Assembly: GCA_002269645.1 (NCBI GenBank)
Contig: NIVC01001619.1
Location: 76,636 to 140,635 of the forward strand
Direction: 5' to 3'
DNA: 64,000 nt
Source: Macrostomum lignano
Taxonomy: Eukaryota
Every line of letters starts with the position of its first letter. Positions within the stretch are counted from its first letter, which is position 1. Made by a program: the position numbers and the translations under genes. Shown piece after piece: positions 62,463 through 64,000 of this stretch. The notes beneath the pieces were generated by a model. The model ran no database searches, was not told the DNA's origin, and saw nothing but the letters and a program-made list of their open reading frames with translations.

Positions 62463-63329
62463 CTGAGTGGATGAATGTGTACAAATTGGGATACAGGTAG
62501 AGGTAGGGGCCTAGGCCAAGTCGCATACATATAAAAACAATATAAAATTATAAAAAACATATACTAACATATTACTGCTATACTAGTATACAATTAGTAT
62601 TGGTAGCATAAGCAGTTAGTAATACTAGTAGTACATACACACACACTGTCAGCCAACTAAAAAGATTCAGTCAATTCAGACAACCAGAGTGGCTTGGCCT
62701 TGCTTCAAACCTTTCATAACCAGCTCATGCATTTAATCTTGAACAAGCTCTTTGCTAATCCATGAATAAATAAAATGCTTCAAGGCTTAAATAAAATGAT
62801 ACAATATATATTCTGTATTTTATTAGCTAAAATTTAGCTAAGTATATGGCTACAATTTTGGGCGTATACTGTATGATTCAGAGTGTGAAATCATAATCTT
62901 AATATTGTCTTGTCAGAAGTTTTTGTCTAGCACTATATTGCACCAATGCAGCACATCTTTAACCCCCTTTAAAAGCCATTTCAAAATCGTTGCTATGTCA
63001 CTTTATAGTCTAGATCAAGCTGAATACACACCCAAACATAAAAAATAATTACAAATGCACACCAAAAAAGTTGAGTACATTCTCAAATCTAGGTTGGTGT
63101 TATATCAATAAAACATATTTTTGCATGTGAAAAAATGACCTTTTTGTGTTGCATCAATGACCCCTTTTTAGCTGATATTTTTTTATTTTCTTTGTTTTTT
63201 ATCTATTACAAATACTATTTATAGCTGAAAATTAATATACAAACTTTTGTTTGACTGCTTCACTATAGACTATTGTATGCCATTTTTTTGGTATATACTA
63301 TACCTTCCCAATATGGCATAGTATAAGCA

Positions 63330-64000
63330 AATTTTTTTGATAGGAATAGTTCTGGTACACAGCGCCATCAAAATTTTTGATAGGATTTGTTCTAGCGCAG
63401 GTGTGCCATGCATTATACCTGATAGCATACCGCGACAAAACAAATCCTTCTGGTGATTTACACTGTCATCATCCACCCCCTCAATCAGTTATTCCAGCCT
63501 CATATGGGCCACAGCCTGAGCGTCAAGAGCAACCTTAAAACTCATTACAAAATCCAGGCAGAGCCTGCTGTATCACTATGGGCACTCCACCCTCTACTCC
63601 TTTTGAAGGCATGAATGCCTTTTCTATGCCCCTCCTCTGGATAATTACATCAAAGGAGAGGCGGCAAAGAGCACTTGGGCATCTTCTAGATGCTGGGTGG
63701 CCTTCAAGAAAGTGCCAGCCTTTAAGAAGTGGTCGCTTATCCTGCATCTGACTTTGCCTTAAGGCTCTCGAGGAGTATGGCAGGCTCAACATCCTCACAG
63801 ACTCAATCCCAGCCACTCTTCTCCTGAGCCAAAGGTATTAGGTCACTATTCAGCCTTGACACAAGGCGAGTGACAGCTGGAGCAACTCTGAAGTCCACTG
63901 TTACACTGACAGCTCTATGAGGATGGTCTTTCAGGCTTGGAGCTTGCATCTTCTTCAAGGGAAAAGTGGTGTGGAGCTACTTCCAGCACACTAGGCTCAA
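63330..64000 (+). mobile_element. Decayed LINE with RT thumb and start of RNase H (R1/LOA/Tad-like)
   Basis: Hand-translated fragments in shifting frames: SYSSLIWA, RACCIT..PSTPFEGMNAF, PPLDNYIKGEAAKS, HCYTDSS, GACIFF. Many stops. Confidence 0.5.

Overview
Eukaryotic (animal) genomic DNA. Introns are packed with micro- and minisatellites and coding exons are GC-rich; the style suggests a flatworm such as Macrostomum (inference). All recognisable genes lie on the minus strand: (1) a multi-exon TRPM cation channel (ATG 29463; core to 18202, possibly continuing to 416) with a 1-nt frameshift in exon 9; (2) a small secreted WSC+PAN/apple-like gene (14746-15598); (3) DEAD-box helicase DDX49/Dbp8 (34724-39644); (4) NDUFA9 (59853 to at least 62462). 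The main find lies between DDX49 and NDUFA9: a tandem array of five highly diverged type I membrane proteins (41405-58675). They share an 8-cysteine ectodomain that resembles the single cysteine-rich domain of BCMA/TACI/Grindelwald-type TNF receptors. The rest is mobile DNA (two tRNA-SINE families, one with a MIR/CORE-like core; hAT, Mutator/foldback-like and mariner-like MITEs; decayed LINEs) and tandem repeats. Most long ORFs in the supplied track are translations of repeats. Exon models were built by eye from GT-AG sites and phase continuity; no database searches were run.
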